From NCBI GenBank assembly GCA_963806225.1, contig CAWDXG010000001.1, positions 1,920,001 through 1,984,000 on the forward strand: a DNA stretch of 64,000 bases, given 5' to 3'. A program made the position numbers and the translations under genes. The notes below the pieces were generated by a model. It was not told the origin of the DNA. It worked only from the letters and a program-made list of their open reading frames with translations, and did not search any database. Within the stretch, counting starts at the first letter, position 1, and each line of letters begins with the position of its first letter. Positions 39,657 through 51,666 of this stretch are shown one piece after another. Origin of the DNA: an uncultured delta proteobacterium (GTDB taxonomy: Bacteria; Myxococcota_A; Polyangia; Polyangiales; Polyangiaceae).

Positions 39657-41275
39657 GGCGAGAGCGTCTCCTCGGGCTGTTCGGCTAGCCGTCGGCCGAG
39701 CTCGTAACCGCGGAGCCGGTTGCCGTAGTAGTAGAGCAGCTTCATGTCCTTCGGGAACACGCGGTCGCCGCGGCGGATGGCGGCGGGCTGCGTGTGATAT
39801 GTGCCGAAGTACCGCAGCGCATCGGCGATGATATCGAGCGTATCGCCCTGTTGCAGCTCGCTGCCCAGGCGCGGGCGCGTACCGAGCTCGGCGATTGCCG
39901 CCAGGGTTCGCTCCACTTCCTGCGCTACGTCGGTGATGGGCAGCGACGGCGTCGTGCCTCCGGTGCGGATCAGGCGATACAGATCCAGATGCGGATTCTT
40001 GCGTTCGAGCATCCTGAACAGCGACCACGCGACGACGTGAGTGGACATGATGACGTTGTCGCGTAGAAATGCCTGCGCGATCCGCTCGGCGGTGCCGTTC
40101 GTGTATTCCATGTCCCGCTGCGCGTCGTGGACCGGCGCGCCGTCCGACAGCACATAGCGCCTGGGGTCGACGATCCGGCCCCGGGGGTCCAGGCTCCGGC
40201 CCTGGCGATCGACCTCGTTACCGAGCAGGTCGATCGGCTTGCTGAACGTGAGCACGATGCGACCGTCGAGCGAGACGAGGTCGGACATGAAGTTGAGCAC
40301 ACGGCGCGGTCGCGAGAATTCGTCGCGGTCGATAATGTATTGCGACTTCCCGGTCTCCTGGAGGTGATCGTCGATCAGCGTCTCGGCTTCCAGTACCAAT
40401 TTGTAGGAGATGGTGCAGGGGACGATGAAGATCTCCGGCTTGGGCCGCCCGGCTCGCAGGTTCTCCACGTAGGCGCGGATCGCCGTGCCGAGCAGGCCGC
40501 GCTTCAGGTGCTGTTCGACCGCGCCGCTGCGGCTGCGAGTGCCGCCCGGAAAGAAGAGGTTGTGGTAGCCCATCTCGAGGGCCACCGACGCGAACTCCTT
40601 GAGGACGTCCTTGTAGAGGAGCGCCTTCTTCTTGCGGTCCACCCGGTACGCCCCGAGGTGGTTCATGAAGAACGAGACCAGCGGATTGTTGAAGAGGTTG
40701 AGCCCGGCGCCGTACAGCAGCGGCGGCAACCCCATCAGGTGCGCGGAGTAGCCCAGGATGATGCTGTCGAGATGCGACGAGTGGGTGGGAACAACGACCA
40801 GCGTGCCGCGGTCGAGCAGGTCGCGGACGTGGTCGGTCTCGCCCTGGGTCTGGATGTGCCCGGACAGGCCTGCTCGCAGCGCCGACAGCGAGCCCGAGCG
40901 CCTCGGGCTCATCGCGTTGAGCATCAGCGAGAGGCCGGCCGGGACGACCGTGGTCGTCAGCTTGTAGACGCGCTCGTCGAAATTGCCGACGACTTCCGCA
41001 GCGAAGCGCCGCGCGATCTCCTGGAGCAGCTCGCGCAGGTCGGCGGTGGAAGCGTGCCGCAGTCTGCGCTGGACCTCGTGGTAGAACGCCGTGTCGTCGT
41101 GTGTCCTGGCGCTCCCGTGTGCTTCGCGTTCGAGTCGCTGGCGCTCGTAGTAGAGCGTGTCGCCGACGAGATCCTCGAGATACTCCCGCGGGTTCTTGCC
41201 GGCCGCCGCGACGTGGTGATCCACCACGCGACCTGCCGACTCGACCTGCGCCCTCTCCCTGTCTTCCGGCCGCAT
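39653..41275 (-). CDS. Glycerol-3-phosphate acyltransferase (PlsB/GPAT-like)
   Basis: HX4D 'PTHSSHLDS'; 'AGLNL'; 'LGAYRVDR'; 'FFPGGTRSRSG'; 'VPCTISY'. Confidence 0.85.
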   Translation of the reverse strand: MRPEDRERAQVESAGRVVDHHVAAAGKNPREYLEDLVGDTLYYERQRLEREAHGSARTHDDTAFYHEVQRRLRHASTADLRELLQEIARRFAAEVVGNFDERVYKLTTTVVPAGLSLMLNAMSPRRSGSLSALRAGLSGHIQTQGETDHVRDLLDRGTLVVVPTHSSHLDSIILGYSAHLMGLPPLLYGAGLNLFNNPLVSFFMNHLGAYRVDRKKKALLYKDVLKEFASVALEMGYHNLFFPGGTRSRSGAVEQHLKRGLLGTAIRAYVENLRAGRPKPEIFIVPCTISYKLVLEAETLIDDHLQETGKSQYIIDRDEFSRPRRVLNFMSDLVSLDGRIVLTFSKPIDLLGNEVDRQGRSLDPRGRIVDPRRYVLSDGAPVHDAQRDMEYTNGTAERIAQAFLRDNVIMSTHVVAWSLFRMLERKNPHLDLYRLIRTGGTTPSLPITDVAQEVERTLAAIAELGTRPRLGSELQQGDTLDIIADALRYFGTYHTQPAAIRRGDRVFPKDMKLLYYYGNRLRGYELGRRLAEQPEETLSP

Positions 41276-41315
41276 GCTCGAAGGAGCCTACCAGAACCCG
41301 GCCGCGGATCAGGAC

Positions 41316-42167
41316 CTAGCCTTCGGGGACCCGGCACCAGACGCGGACAATCACCGTTCCGCGCACGGTCCACGGCGTCACGTCCACGCGGTCGACCTCG
41401 TCGATCGACCCCACCGGGAGCCGGTGCAGCAGCCGTTCGGCCACGAAATCGCGGCGTGCCAGCTGGGACGAGAGCCGCGACAGCTCGGGGCCGCGGACCA
41501 CGAAGGTCGCCATCTCGAACACCTCCAGGGCTTCGGCGGCTCGGGCGTGGGTGCCCGATTCCGGTTCGCTGCCCGCGAGCGTGTTCTCGAGCTCGCGCCC
41601 GATTGCCGCCAGCGTGTCGCGACCCGCCGGTCGGGCCTCGGTGACGAGCTCCGGGCCCGAGTCCTGCGCCGGGCGGCGCTCGGTCCGCTCCTCGAAGCCG
41701 AGGGTGCTCTTCCGCGCGCGCACGCCGGTCGCCGGTTCCGCGACCAGCTCCTCGGCGATGGCGGACATCGTCTCCCGCCCCACGGCGGCATGTCCGAGCG
41801 CGATGTCCGGCGCCGAGCCGGGGCGGGGCGGCGCTTTCGGGGCGACCACGCGCCGCTCGGGCAGACTCTGCTCGTAGCCGGTGGTGCGGCGATCTCCCTG
41901 GCTCCCGGGATCGGGGCCCGGGTCCTGCTTCTTGGCCTGCGGAGCCGCCTGGGCCGTCTGGACCACGGCCACGAGCTCCTCGGCGATCGCCGCCAGGGTC
42001 TCGCGCCCTGCGGGGCCGTAGCCCACGCGGATTTCCGGCGTGGAGGTCTCGACCTGGCGGGCGGCGGCCTGGCGACTCGGCGGCGGAGGCGGCTCGGGTC
42101 GACGACCTGCACGGGCGTTGCGGCGTGGACGGCTGGATTTTGTCGGCTTGCGGGAGCTGGACGTCAA
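41316..42167 (-). CDS. Hypothetical protein with three GR[ED]T[LM]xAIxxEL repeats and a small C-terminal alpha/beta domain
   Basis: Fills the gap between gltD and the acyltransferase on the same strand; TTG start at 42167 preceded by GGAGG (alternative GTG at 42215). Confidence 0.65.
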   Translation of the reverse strand: MTSSSRKPTKSSRPRRNARAGRRPEPPPPPSRQAAARQVETSTPEIRVGYGPAGRETLAAIAEELVAVVQTAQAAPQAKKQDPGPDPGSQGDRRTTGYEQSLPERRVVAPKAPPRPGSAPDIALGHAAVGRETMSAIAEELVAEPATGVRARKSTLGFEERTERRPAQDSGPELVTEARPAGRDTLAAIGRELENTLAGSEPESGTHARAAEALEVFEMATFVVRGPELSRLSSQLARRDFVAERLLHRLPVGSIDEVDRVDVTPWTVRGTVIVRVWCRVPEG

Positions 42168-42272
42168 ACAGCCTCCGGGGGGCAATCTACCCTTCAGTAT
42201 CGCACGGATCGACACCCCGCGGCGAAAGCTCCGGGGCGGCGGGCTTCTCCGGCAGCCAAGCGACTGGAATTA

Positions 42273-43695
42273 CTACGGAAGCTCGCTCTGGCCCATCAGG
42301 TAGCGGTCGATGCCGCGCGCCGCCCGCCGGCCGTCTGCGATCGCCCAGACGACGAGCGACTGGCCGCGCTGGCAGTCCCCGGCGGCGAACACCCCGGGCA
42401 GCGAGCTCATGAAGTCGGCGTCGACATCCACGTTGCCCCGGCGATCGAGCCTGAGCTCCAGGTCCTCGATCAGCCCTTCGTGCTCCGGGTGCACGAAGCC
42501 CATCGCCAGCAGCACCAGGTCGGCCTCGAGCTCGAAATCCGACCCCTGCACGCGCTGGAACCCGCCGTCCCGGAACTCCACCCGGACGCAGTGCAGCCGC
42601 TGCACGCGGCCCTCCGCGCCGCTGAAGCGCTCGGTGGACACGCTGAAGTCGCGCGTGCCGCCCTCTTGGTGCGAGCTCGATGTGCGCAGCATCAGGGGCC
42701 ACATCGGCCAAGGCGTGTTCGGCGAACGCTCGTCCGGCGGGCGCGGCATGATCTCGAAGCTGGTGACGCTGGTCGCGCCCTGTCGGTGCGAGGTGCCGAT
42801 GCAGTCGCTGCCGGTGTCGCCGCCGCCGATCACCACGACCCTCTTGCCGGTGGCGAGGATCGCGATCTCGTCGGGGACCGGGTCGCCCGCGTTGCGCCGG
42901 TTCTGCTGCTCGAGGAAATCCATCGCGAAGTGCACGCCGTCCAGCTCGCGCCCCGCTATCGGCAGATCCCGTGGCTTGCGGGAACCCATGGCCAGGCAGA
43001 TCGCGTCGAACCGATCGCGGAGCTCGGCCGCTGTCACGGAGCGTCCCACGTCGACTCCGGTCTCGAACACGACGCCCTCGGCGCGCATCTGTTCCACCCG
43101 GCGCTCGACCAGTCGCTTCTCCATCTTGAAGTCCGGAATGCCGTAGGTCAGAAGTCCGCCCAACCGGTCCGCCTTCTCGTAGACCGTCACGTCGTGCCCA
43201 GCGCGGGCCAGCTGCTGCGCGGCGGCGAGGCCTGCCGGCCCGGAACCCACGACGGCAACCTGCTTTTCGGTGCGCTGCCGGGCGGGTAGCGGCGTGACCA
43301 ACCCTTCTTCCCAGGCGCGGTCGATGATGGACTTCTCGATCAGCTTGATGCTGACCGGGTCGTCGTTGATGCCGAGCACGCAGGCAGCTTCACAGGGCGC
43401 CGGGCAGACGCGTCCGGTGAATTCCGGGAAGTTGTTGGTGGCATGTAGCAGGGCGATCGCGGCGCGCGGCCGGTCCCGGTACACGGCGTCGTTCCAATCC
43501 GGGATGAGGTTCTGGAGCGGGACAGCCGGTGTTGCAGAACGGGATCCCGCAGTCCATGCAGCGTGCGCCCTGCACGCCGAGCTCTTCCTGCACGACCGGC
43601 AGCTCGAACTCGTGGAAATCCCGCACCCGTTCCACGACCGGACGCTTCGGAGCGTCCTTGCGCTCGTACTCGAGGAAACCCGTGACCTTTCCCAC
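42273..43695 (-). CDS. gltD: Glutamate synthase small subunit, one frameshift near 43515
   Basis: 'MGKVTGF', '[10 protein letters not shown]', '[17 protein letters not shown]', 'GSGPAG', '[10 protein letters not shown]', '[10 protein letters not shown]'. Confidence 0.95.
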
Positions 43696-43697
43696 GG

Positions 43698-46600
43698 CTA
43701 CTCCGCCCCCGGCTGTTCGGCGTGGACGCGCGGCGCGGAGCCGCCGGACGCTTGCTCCCGGGTCTGTTCGAGCACCTTGCGGTACTCGACGGGGACGACC
43801 TTGACGAAGCGCGCGGCGGCTTCCTGCCAGCTGTCGAGCAGGCGCGCGGCCTTGACGCTTCCCGTACGCATGCGGTGCTCGGAGAGCAGCGCCGCGACCA
43901 GCGCGGCATCGTTGGTATCCAGCGGCTCGAGCTCCACCAGACCCATGTTGCAGCGGTCGGCAAAGTGTCCGTCCTCGTCGAGCACGTAGGCGAATCCGCC
44001 GCTCATGCCTGCGCCGAAGTTCCGGCCCGTGCGTCCGAGGACCACGACGTGCCCGCCCGTCATGTACTCGCAGCAGTGGTCGCCGACGCCCTCCACCACC
44101 GACAGCGCGCCGCTGTTCCGCACCGCGAAGCGCTCGCCCGCCGTGCCGCCGAAGAACGCCTTGCCGCCGGTCGCGCCGTACAGCGCGACGTTGCCGATGA
44201 TGACGTTGTCGGCTGCGGCGAAGGTCGCGCCCGCCGGCGGCCTGACCGCCAGCACCCCGCCCGACATCCCCTTGCCGACGTAGTCGTTGCCGTCCCCGGT
44301 GAGCGACAGCTCCATGCCTCCCGTGATGAACGCGCCGAAGCTCTGTCCGGCCGAACCGGTGAAGTCCAGACGGATGCTGCCTTCAGGCAGGCCGTCCCTG
44401 CCGTGACGGCGCGCGATTTCGCCGGCGAGCATGGCTCCCACGGTGCGGTGCACGTTCCGGATCGGCATCTCGACCTGCACCGGTCCGCGCCCGTCCAGCG
44501 CATCCCGGCAGCGCTCGATGAGCTGCACGTCCAGTGCGGCTCCGAGCCCGTGCTCCTGGGACTGCGTGCGGCACACGTCGACGCCGGGTCCGGCTTCTGC
44601 CGGCCTGAGCACGTCCGAGAAATCCAGCCGCGACGCCTTCCAGTGGTGGGACATGTCCCGCACGCGGATGCGATCCACGCGGCCCACCATCTCGCGCACG
44701 CTGCGGAAGCCGAGCCGCGCCATGTGCTCGCGCACTTCCTCGGCCACGTAGAACATGAACCGGATCACGTGCTCGGGCTTGCCGGTGAACTTCTTCCGGA
44801 GCACTGGATCCTGCGTCGCCACGCCGACCGGGCAGGTGTTGAGGTGGCATTTGCGCATCATGATGCAGCCGGACGCGACCAGCGGCGCCGTCGCGAACCC
44901 GAACTCCTCGGCGCCGAGCAACGCCGCGAGCACGACGTCGCGTCCGGTGCGCATCTGGCCGTCGGTCTGGACGATGACGCGGCTTCTGAGGTCGTTCTTC
45001 ACCAGCACCTGGTGCGTCTCGGCGAGTCCGAGCTCCCACGGCACGCCGGCGTGCTTGATCGATGTCTGCGGCGAGGCGCCCGTACCGCCGTCGTGACCGG
45101 AGATGAGGATCACGTCCGCGCGGGCCTTGGCCACGCCGGCCGCTACGGTCCCGACGCCGGCCTCTGCCACGAGCTTGACGCTGATGCGCGCCTGGGGATT
45201 GACGTTCTTCAGGTCGAAGATGAGCTGCGCGAGATCCTCGATTGAATAGATGTCGTGGTGGGGAGGCGGCGAGATCAGCGTTACCCCCGGCGTCGAATAG
45301 CGCGTCTTGGCGATGATCGCGTCGACCTTGTGCCCCGGCAGCTGTCCGCCTTCGCCAGGTTTGGCGCCCTGCGCGATCTTGATCTGCAGCTCCTCGGCGT
45401 TGACCAGGTACCACGTGGTCACGCCGAAACGACCCGACGCAACCTGCTTGATAGCGCTGCGGCGCCAGTCGCCGTTGGGATCGCGGCTGTAGCGATCTTC
45501 CTTCTCGCCGCCCTCGCCAGTGTTGCTCTTGCCGCCGATGCGGTTCATCGCGATAGCGAGGTTTTCGTGCGCCTCGGAGCTGATCGAGCCGAAGCTCATG
45601 GCGCCGGTCGCGAAGCGCTTGACGATCTCGCTGGCGGGTTCCACCTCGTCGAGCGACACCGACTGGGCAGCGGGTTCCAGCTCCCACAGGCTACGCAGCG
45701 TGATGGGGTGGTCGCCCTGCTCGTTGATGAGCTTCGCGTACTCGCGGTAGCTCTTGATGTCGTCCTCTCGCACGGCGCGCTGCAGCCGGGCGACCGTCTC
45801 CGGGCTCCACAGGTGCCGCTCGCCCTGCGCGCGGTAGTGGTACTGGCCGCCGAGCTCGAGCGTCTCGAACGTGGGCGCCCGCTTCGGGAACGCCGCCTCG
45901 TGACGCAGCCGGCACTCCTCGGCGATGGCGTCCAGGTCGATGCCCGAGATGCGCGACGCCGTCCCGGTGAAGTAACGCTCGATCACCTCGGGTGACAGCC
46001 CCAGCGCTTCGAAGATCTGCGCGCCGTGGTAGCTCTGCAGCGTGCTGATCCCCATCTTGCTCATGACCTTGAGCAGGCCCTTGTCGATCGCCTTGATGTA
46101 CTTCTCGTGGGCGACGGCTGCGTCGGACAGGCCAGGGAACAGGCCACCTTCCACCATGTCGGTGAGCGTGTCGAAGGCGAGGTAGGGGTTGACGCCGCCC
46201 GCGCCGTAGCCGGCGAGCAGGCAGAAGTGGTGGACCTCGCGCGCTTCCGCCGTCTCCACCAGGATGCCGCAGCGCATGCGCGTGCCGTTGCGCATCAGGT
46301 GATGATTCACCGCGGCCGTGGCGAGCAGGCTTGGCACCGGCGCCATGTGCTCGTTCGCGCCGCGATCGCTGAGGATGAGCAAGCTGTGGTTGTTCAGGAC
46401 GGCGAGGCTGGCCAGGCGGCAGAGCTCGTCCAGCGCGCCCTTCAATCCGGCGCCGCCCTCGTGGACCGGATACAGCATCGGCAGCGTCATGGGCTGCCGG
46501 AAGTGCAGCTGATGCGTGCCGCGCAGCTTCCCCAGGTCTTCGTTCGTGAGGATGGGTTGGGGGATCCTGAGCATCTGCGCGTGGTCGGGCAGCTCGAACA

Positions 46601-48251
46601 GCAGATTGCCCTCTCCGCCGATGTAGTTGACCAGGCTCATCACCAGCTCTTCGCGGATCGGATCCACCGCGGGGTTGGTGACCTGTGCGAAGTGTTGCTT
46701 GAAATAGTTGAACAGGAGCTGCGGTCGCTCGCTCAAGACGGCGAGCGGCGTGTCCGTGCCCATCGAACCGGTGGCTTCCTGTCCGGTGGAAGCCATGGGC
46801 GCCATCAAAAGGCGTCTGTCCTCCTCGGTGTAGCCGAAGATCTTCTGGCGTTGCAAAAGCTCGCTGCCCCGGCAGCTGGGCGGTATCTCGTCCACGTCGG
46901 AGATGTCGCCGATCGAGATGGTGTTGTCCTCGAGCCAGCGGCCATACGGACGCGACCCGGCGATCTGTGCCTTCAGCTCATCGTCCTCGATGATCCGGCC
47001 TTGTTCGGTATCCACCAGGAACATGCGGCCCGGTTCGAGCCTGCCCGTCCGCTCGACGTTGTCGGGCGACACGGCGAGCACGCCGGTTTCGGAAGCGAGC
47101 ACCACCAGCCCGTCCTTGGTGATGGTCCAGCGCGCGGGCCTGAGGCCGTTGCGGTCGAGAATGGCGCCGATCTGCCGGCCGTCGGTGAAGGTGAGCGCCG
47201 CCGGTCCGTCCCAGGGCTCGATCAGGCACGAGTGGTACTCGTAGAAGTCGCGCTTCGCGCGCGGCATGTGCTCGTCGTTCTGCCACGCTTCCGGAACCAG
47301 CATCATCATGACGTGGGGCAGGGGACGCCCCGCGTGCAGCAGGAGCTCGGCGACGTTGTCGAGCGTGGCGGAGTCGCTCCCGCCCGGAGTGATGGTCGGC
47401 AGCACGTGGCGGACGCTCTCCCCGAAGATCTGCCCGTCGAACAGCTGCTCGCGCGCCTTCATCCACGCCGTGTTGCCGCGCACGGTGTTGATCTCGCCGT
47501 TGTGGCACAGCATCCGGAACGGCTGCGCGAGCTCCCAGGTGGGAAAGGTGTTCGTGCTGAAGCGCTGGTGCACCATCGCCAGCGCGCTCACCATCTTCTC
47601 GTCGCAGAGGTCGGGATAGAACGCGGTGACCTGGTCGGCCAGCAGGAGACCCTTGTAGATGATCGTGTTCGACGACAGGCTGGGGATGTAGAAGCGGTCG
47701 CGGCCGGGCAGACCGCTGTCGCGTACGGCCGTCTCCGACCATTTGCGGATCACATACAGCTTGCGCTCGAACTGTTGCTGCGTCTCGCAGGTCGAGCCGA
47801 TGAACACCTGGAGGATCACGGGCGCGACTGCGCGGGCCAGTGGCCCCAGCGCGTCCTCGTCGACCGGCACCCGGCGCCAGCCGAGCAGGCGCTGGCCAGT
47901 GCCGGAGATCTTGTCCTCGAGGATCTGCGTGATGCGCAGGCGCTGCTTCTTGTCGCGGGGCAGGAACACCGAGCCGACGCCGTAGCGGCCGGGTTCGGGC
48001 AGCTTGATCCCGAGCGACTGGCACTTGTCGGCGAAGAAAGCGTGAGGCAGCTGGATCAGGATCCCCGCGCCGTCGCCGGTCAGCGGATCGCAGCCGCAGG
48101 CTCCGCGGTGCACGAGGTTCAGCAGGATGTCGACGCCCTTCTGCACGATGTCGTGCGAGGCCGCGCCCTGGATGTTGGCGACGAAGCCTACGCCACAGGC
48201 GTCGTGCTCGAAGCGCGGGTCGTACAGTCCGGAGCGGGGGGGAAGGGTCAT
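43698..48251 (-). CDS. gltB: Glutamate synthase large subunit
   Basis: 'EHDACGVGF', 'HQRFSTNT', 'HNGEINT', 'EPWDGPA', '[13 protein letters not shown]', '[16 protein letters not shown]', '[10 protein letters not shown]'. Confidence 0.98.
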   Translation of the reverse strand: MTLPPRSGLYDPRFEHDACGVGFVANIQGAASHDIVQKGVDILLNLVHRGACGCDPLTGDGAGILIQLPHAFFADKCQSLGIKLPEPGRYGVGSVFLPRDKKQRLRITQILEDKISGTGQRLLGWRRVPVDEDALGPLARAVAPVILQVFIGSTCETQQQFERKLYVIRKWSETAVRDSGLPGRDRFYIPSLSSNTIIYKGLLLADQVTAFYPDLCDEKMVSALAMVHQRFSTNTFPTWELAQPFRMLCHNGEINTVRGNTAWMKAREQLFDGQIFGESVRHVLPTITPGGSDSATLDNVAELLLHAGRPLPHVMMMLVPEAWQNDEHMPRAKRDFYEYHSCLIEPWDGPAALTFTDGRQIGAILDRNGLRPARWTITKDGLVVLASETGVLAVSPDNVERTGRLEPGRMFLVDTEQGRIIEDDELKAQIAGSRPYGRWLEDNTISIGDISDVDEIPPSCRGSELLQRQKIFGYTEEDRRLLMAPMASTGQEATGSMGTDTPLAVLSERPQLLFNYFKQHFAQVTNPAVDPIREELVMSLVNYIGGEGNLLFELPDHAQMLRIPQPILTNEDLGKLRGTHQLHFRQPMTLPMLYPVHEGGAGLKGALDELCRLASLAVLNNHSLLILSDRGANEHMAPVPSLLATAAVNHHLMRNGTRMRCGILVETAEAREVHHFCLLAGYGAGGVNPYLAFDTLTDMVEGGLFPGLSDAAVAHEKYIKAIDKGLLKVMSKMGISTLQSYHGAQIFEALGLSPEVIERYFTGTASRISGIDLDAIAEECRLRHEAAFPKRAPTFETLELGGQYHYRAQGERHLWSPETVARLQRAVREDDIKSYREYAKLINEQGDHPITLRSLWELEPAAQSVSLDEVEPASEIVKRFATGAMSFGSISSEAHENLAIAMNRIGGKSNTGEGGEKEDRYSRDPNGDWRRSAIKQVASGRFGVTTWYLVNAEELQIKIAQGAKPGEGGQLPGHKVDAIIAKTRYSTPGVTLISPPPHHDIYSIEDLAQLIFDLKNVNPQARISVKLVAEAGVGTVAAGVAKARADVILISGHDGGTGASPQTSIKHAGVPWELGLAETHQVLVKNDLRSRVIVQTDGQMRTGRDVVLAALLGAEEFGFATAPLVASGCIMMRKCHLNTCPVGVATQDPVLRKKFTGKPEHVIRFMFYVAEEVREHMARLGFRSVREMVGRVDRIRVRDMSHHWKASRLDFSDVLRPAEAGPGVDVCRTQSQEHGLGAALDVQLIERCRDALDGRGPVQVEMPIRNVHRTVGAMLAGEIARRHGRDGLPEGSIRLDFTGSAGQSFGAFITGGMELSLTGDGNDYVGKGMSGGVLAVRPPAGATFAAADNVIIGNVALYGATGGKAFFGGTAGERFAVRNSGALSVVEGVGDHCCEYMTGGHVVVLGRTGRNFGAGMSGGFAYVLDEDGHFADRCNMGLVELEPLDTNDAALVAALLSEHRMRTGSVKAARLLDSWQEAAARFVKVVPVEYRKVLEQTREQASGGSAPRVHAEQPGAE

Positions 48252-48535
48252 CGCAGCTTGGGATACGGACAGAGCGGTTCGGCGGACCCACTTCGCTGTG
48301 GGCAGCGGGTCTGGCGGGCGCCGCGTCGAGGAGCACAGCACAAGGCTCCCCGCGGCGACGCTGGCCGGGCCATGGCCCGGGCAGACCCGGCGTTATTGGG
48401 CCACGGAGTGACGCGCCGCGCAAGCAACAGGAGGTCGGCCAGCCGGCCCCAGCGTTGCCCAGCGCCGGAATCCCTGCGGGGTGGGGCGCGCCGCGCCGTT
48501 GTGGTCCTGTGCGTGCACTGGTACGTGGCCGGATC

Positions 48536-49303
48536 ATGAAGCCGGCCACGTCACTGCGCCAGGCCGCAGCCCTCGCTGCCGTCGTCGCGCTCGCGCTCCT
48601 CGCCTGCAAGAAGAAGGCGCCGGCGCCCAAGCCCGTTCCGACCGTGGCCCCCAAGCCGGTGTCCACCGGCCCCTGTCCCAACGGCCACAGCATCGACCCG
48701 AAGCCCGGCGAGTTCCGGCCCTCGCAGACCGCGTTCAAGGACAAGCGCTACGACGAGGCCCAGATGCTGCTCGACCACTTGATCAAGAACTACCCGCACA
48801 GCGCCACGCTGCGCGTGTGGCGGGGCGACGCCGCGCTCTTCGAGCGTCACCTGTCCGACGGCAAGAAGAAATACCAGAAGGCCGCCGACGACGCGCTCGT
48901 GTTCTACAAGGAAGCGGAGAAGCTGCACAACCAGGAGTGCACGCTACCGGAAATCGAGCACTACTATCTCAGGATGGACAGCGCGTACGCCTACCTGCGC
49001 AAGGAAGACGCCGACTCCGCGCTCACGCAGCTCGAGATCGCCAAGAAGCATTGGTCCAACAGCGCCGAGGTCTTCTACACGCTGGCTCGCGTCTACTGCC
49101 TGAAGAAGGACGTTGACCAGTGCGCCGACAACTTCAAGCAGGCACTGGTCATTGCCAAGGCGCTCAGGCGTCCGCGCTTCCTCAGGACGCATCGCTCGCT
49201 GGATGACTGGATCCACCGCTCGCGGCGGCAGTCCGAGTTCGGGCCGCTCCGGCGCGACAAGCGCTACCGCGAGATCATCAAGAAGGTGAACGAGGACAAC
49301 TGA
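48536..49303 (+). CDS. TPR-containing lipoprotein
   Basis: Lipobox LLAC; TPR 'AEVFYTLARVYCLKKDVDQCADNFKQAL'. Confidence 0.75.
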   Translation: MKPATSLRQAAALAAVVALALLACKKKAPAPKPVPTVAPKPVSTGPCPNGHSIDPKPGEFRPSQTAFKDKRYDEAQMLLDHLIKNYPHSATLRVWRGDAALFERHLSDGKKKYQKAADDALVFYKEAEKLHNQECTLPEIEHYYLRMDSAYAYLRKEDADSALTQLEIAKKHWSNSAEVFYTLARVYCLKKDVDQCADNFKQALVIAKALRRPRFLRTHRSLDDWIHRSRRQSEFGPLRRDKRYREIIKKVNEDN

Positions 49304-49429
49304 CGGCGTCTGGAGCGCCTCGAACTTGCCTGCTTCCGACTCCCGCCCCCGTCTCCGCTTCGGGCATTTCGCAGCATGGGCCGTTTTCGTGCTGGCATTG
49401 GTCGAAGTCGTCGTGGCCGTTCTGCTGCG

Positions 49430-51056
49430 ATGACCCGAACAGAGCCCGCTCCTGCCGCGCGCTCCGGCCGCTGGCGTGCCGCAGCGCTGGGCGTCGCCGC
49501 GTTTTCCGGCTCGCTCCTGCTGCTGGTGTTGGTCTCGCTGCGCACGGGGCCGGCGTTCGCGGAGCTTGGCCGGTTGCGCGCCGTGGACGCCGCGACGGGG
49601 CTCGTGCAGGGCGCAGCGCAGGCTGGGCTCGCGGCGCTCGGCTCGACCTCGGCGCACCAGATCTACAAAGCGTTCGGTGGCCAGGGCACGCTGCTGGTGC
49701 TGCTGGGCGCCTGGTCGAAACTCAGCATCGGGCGCGTCGGGCTGCTCGGGCCGCTCGAGGCGGCGCGCCTGCCGTGGCTCGCGCTCGCTGCGCTCGCGCC
49801 GCTCCTGCTCTACGCCGTCGCGCGTCCGGCGCTCGGGCGGCGGGTCGCGGTGCTCGCGGCGTTGCTGCTCGCGCTTCTGCCGCGCTGGCTGCACGGCAGC
49901 GTCGTCGGCGGCGCCGGCGTGCCGATCGCGTGCAGCTGGCTCGTCGTTCTGGCGGCCTACGTCCGCTCGCTCGGCCCGCCGCGCGAGCGGTCCCGGCAGG
50001 ACTCGAAGGGGCGGCTTTGCTGGACCGTCGCGGCCGCCTGTGCGCTCGGCTTCGGCGCCGCGGTTTCGCTGGCGGCGCTCTGGGTTCTGCCACTCGTCGC
50101 GGTGCACTTCTGGGTCGCGCGCGCTCCGGCCACGCGCCGGCTCGCGCCCCGCGGTCGTGTTCCGGTGCCGGCGTTCGCGCTGTTTGCGCTGGCTTTTCTG
50201 CCGGCAGTCCTGTTGGCGTTGAATCCCGCGCTCTGGGGGCTCGAACGTCATCCAGATTGCGCGCTGGCTGCTCGCGCCGCTGGCCCCGGCGGTGCATCCC
50301 ACGCTGTACGCCGGCGCGCTGGTCGACTCGCCGCCGGTTCCGCTTGGCTACGCGCCGATCTGGCTGTCCACGTCGCTGCCGGCGGTGGTGCTCGTCTCTG
50401 CGCTGGTCGGCGTCGGCGTGGTGCTGCACCGCGGGCTCGCGCGGATCTTCGCTCGCGGGCCGCTGCGTCCGGGGCGCGATCGCCATGCCCTCGGCGCGCT
50501 GGCGCTGCTCGGGGCGGCGTTCGGCGCGATCGGACCGGCGCTCACGCCGGCCGTGCTCACCGTCTTCCCGCCGCGCGCGGCGCTCGCCTTGCCGTTCGTC
50601 GCGCTGCTGGCCGCGATCGGTCTGGAACGCGCGGCGCGGGTGGCTGCCGGCGATCGGCTGGCCGCGCTGCCGGCGGCGCTGGTGGTGCTCGTGGTCGGCT
50701 TCCTCGGGCTGCGCGCGCCCGGCACCAACTCCGCCTCCTACGACGTGCTGCTCGGCGGCGCCCGCTCCGGCGCAGCCCGCCGCGTGTTTCCGATCGGCGA
50801 CGGCAGCGAGCTCGGCGTGCTCGCGCGTCGCATCGACGCGCTCGGTCGCTCTCAGCTGACACTGCTCGCACCCGGAGTGCCCCCGGGGATCTGGAGCGAG
50901 CTGCGGGACGCGGGCCGCCTGCAGACGGCGATCGTGACCGCGCCGGTCGAGCGCCCGCACCAGCTCGTGCTCGAGCGCGGCAAGCCGAGCGGCGGCGAGG
51001 TCGTCGCCGCCGTACGCCGCGACGGCGCCGTGCTCTGGGCGCTCGTGCGCCGTTGA
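49430..51056 (+). CDS. GT-C (ArnT/PMT-like) polytopic membrane glycosyltransferase-like protein, frameshift near 50240
   Basis: Many TMs; 'EAARLP', 'AALLLALLPRWLHG', 'LNPALW', continuing in ORF 50292..51056; catalytic N-terminal DE not evident. Confidence 0.55.
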
Positions 51057-51057
51057 G

Positions 51058-51621
51058 CTATTTCGCGCCGTACACGTCGACGGCCACGCGTCCTTCGCCG
51101 CGGCGCAGGCGCACCCGGGCGCGGTACCTGCCCGCGGGCAGGCACACGGGCCCGGCGGAGTCGACCAGTGCGAACGGCGCTTGTAGAGCGTCCATGCCGT
51201 AGACGTGACCCGCGCTGTCCACGAGCGACAGCTCGAGATCGCCGACGCCCGGCCCGCCCGCTGCGATCGCGCGCACGCAGCGGGCGGCGCCGTCGAGCTT
51301 GAACGGCAGCTCTACCTGTTTCCCCACGGAAAGCTGCAGCGAGAGCGGCTGCGCCACGAGCGGCTGCATGCCCGGCGCGCAGCGCTTCGCGATCGCGTCG
51401 AGCAGGGGCGCGGCGCCCGCGTCGGTGGCCACGTCGCTCCAGCAGCCATCGGGCAGATAGGGCGGCAGCGGCGCCGCCGCGTCGGCGGAGGCCCGGGGCA
51501 CTGCCAGCTTGGAGGCGGACGGCCTGGGCGCGGCCGCCGTTTCCTCGTGCGCGTCGGCCGGAGGCGTGCCGTGGCAGCCGCTGACCAGCGCCGTCGCCAT
51601 GAGGATCGCAATCCGCTGCAC
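51058..51621 (-). CDS. Hypothetical Cys-containing lipoprotein
   Basis: Lipobox VSGC; 'CVRAIAAGGPGVGDLELSLVD...GPVCLPAGRYRARV'. Confidence 0.7.
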   Translation of the reverse strand: MQRIAILMATALVSGCHGTPPADAHEETAAAPRPSASKLAVPRASADAAAPLPPYLPDGCWSDVATDAGAAPLLDAIAKRCAPGMQPLVAQPLSLQLSVGKQVELPFKLDGAARCVRAIAAGGPGVGDLELSLVDSAGHVYGMDALQAPFALVDSAGPVCLPAGRYRARVRLRRGEGRVAVDVYGAK

Positions 51622-51666
51622 GGATCAGGCGCTAGCGAGCGGTCGCCTGCTCGTCAAGCGGTGCGC

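Noticed and set aside
48252..48535. Riboswitch or leader element upstream of gltB
   Set aside because: GC-rich sequence without a motif I can recognise; an Rfam scan would be needed
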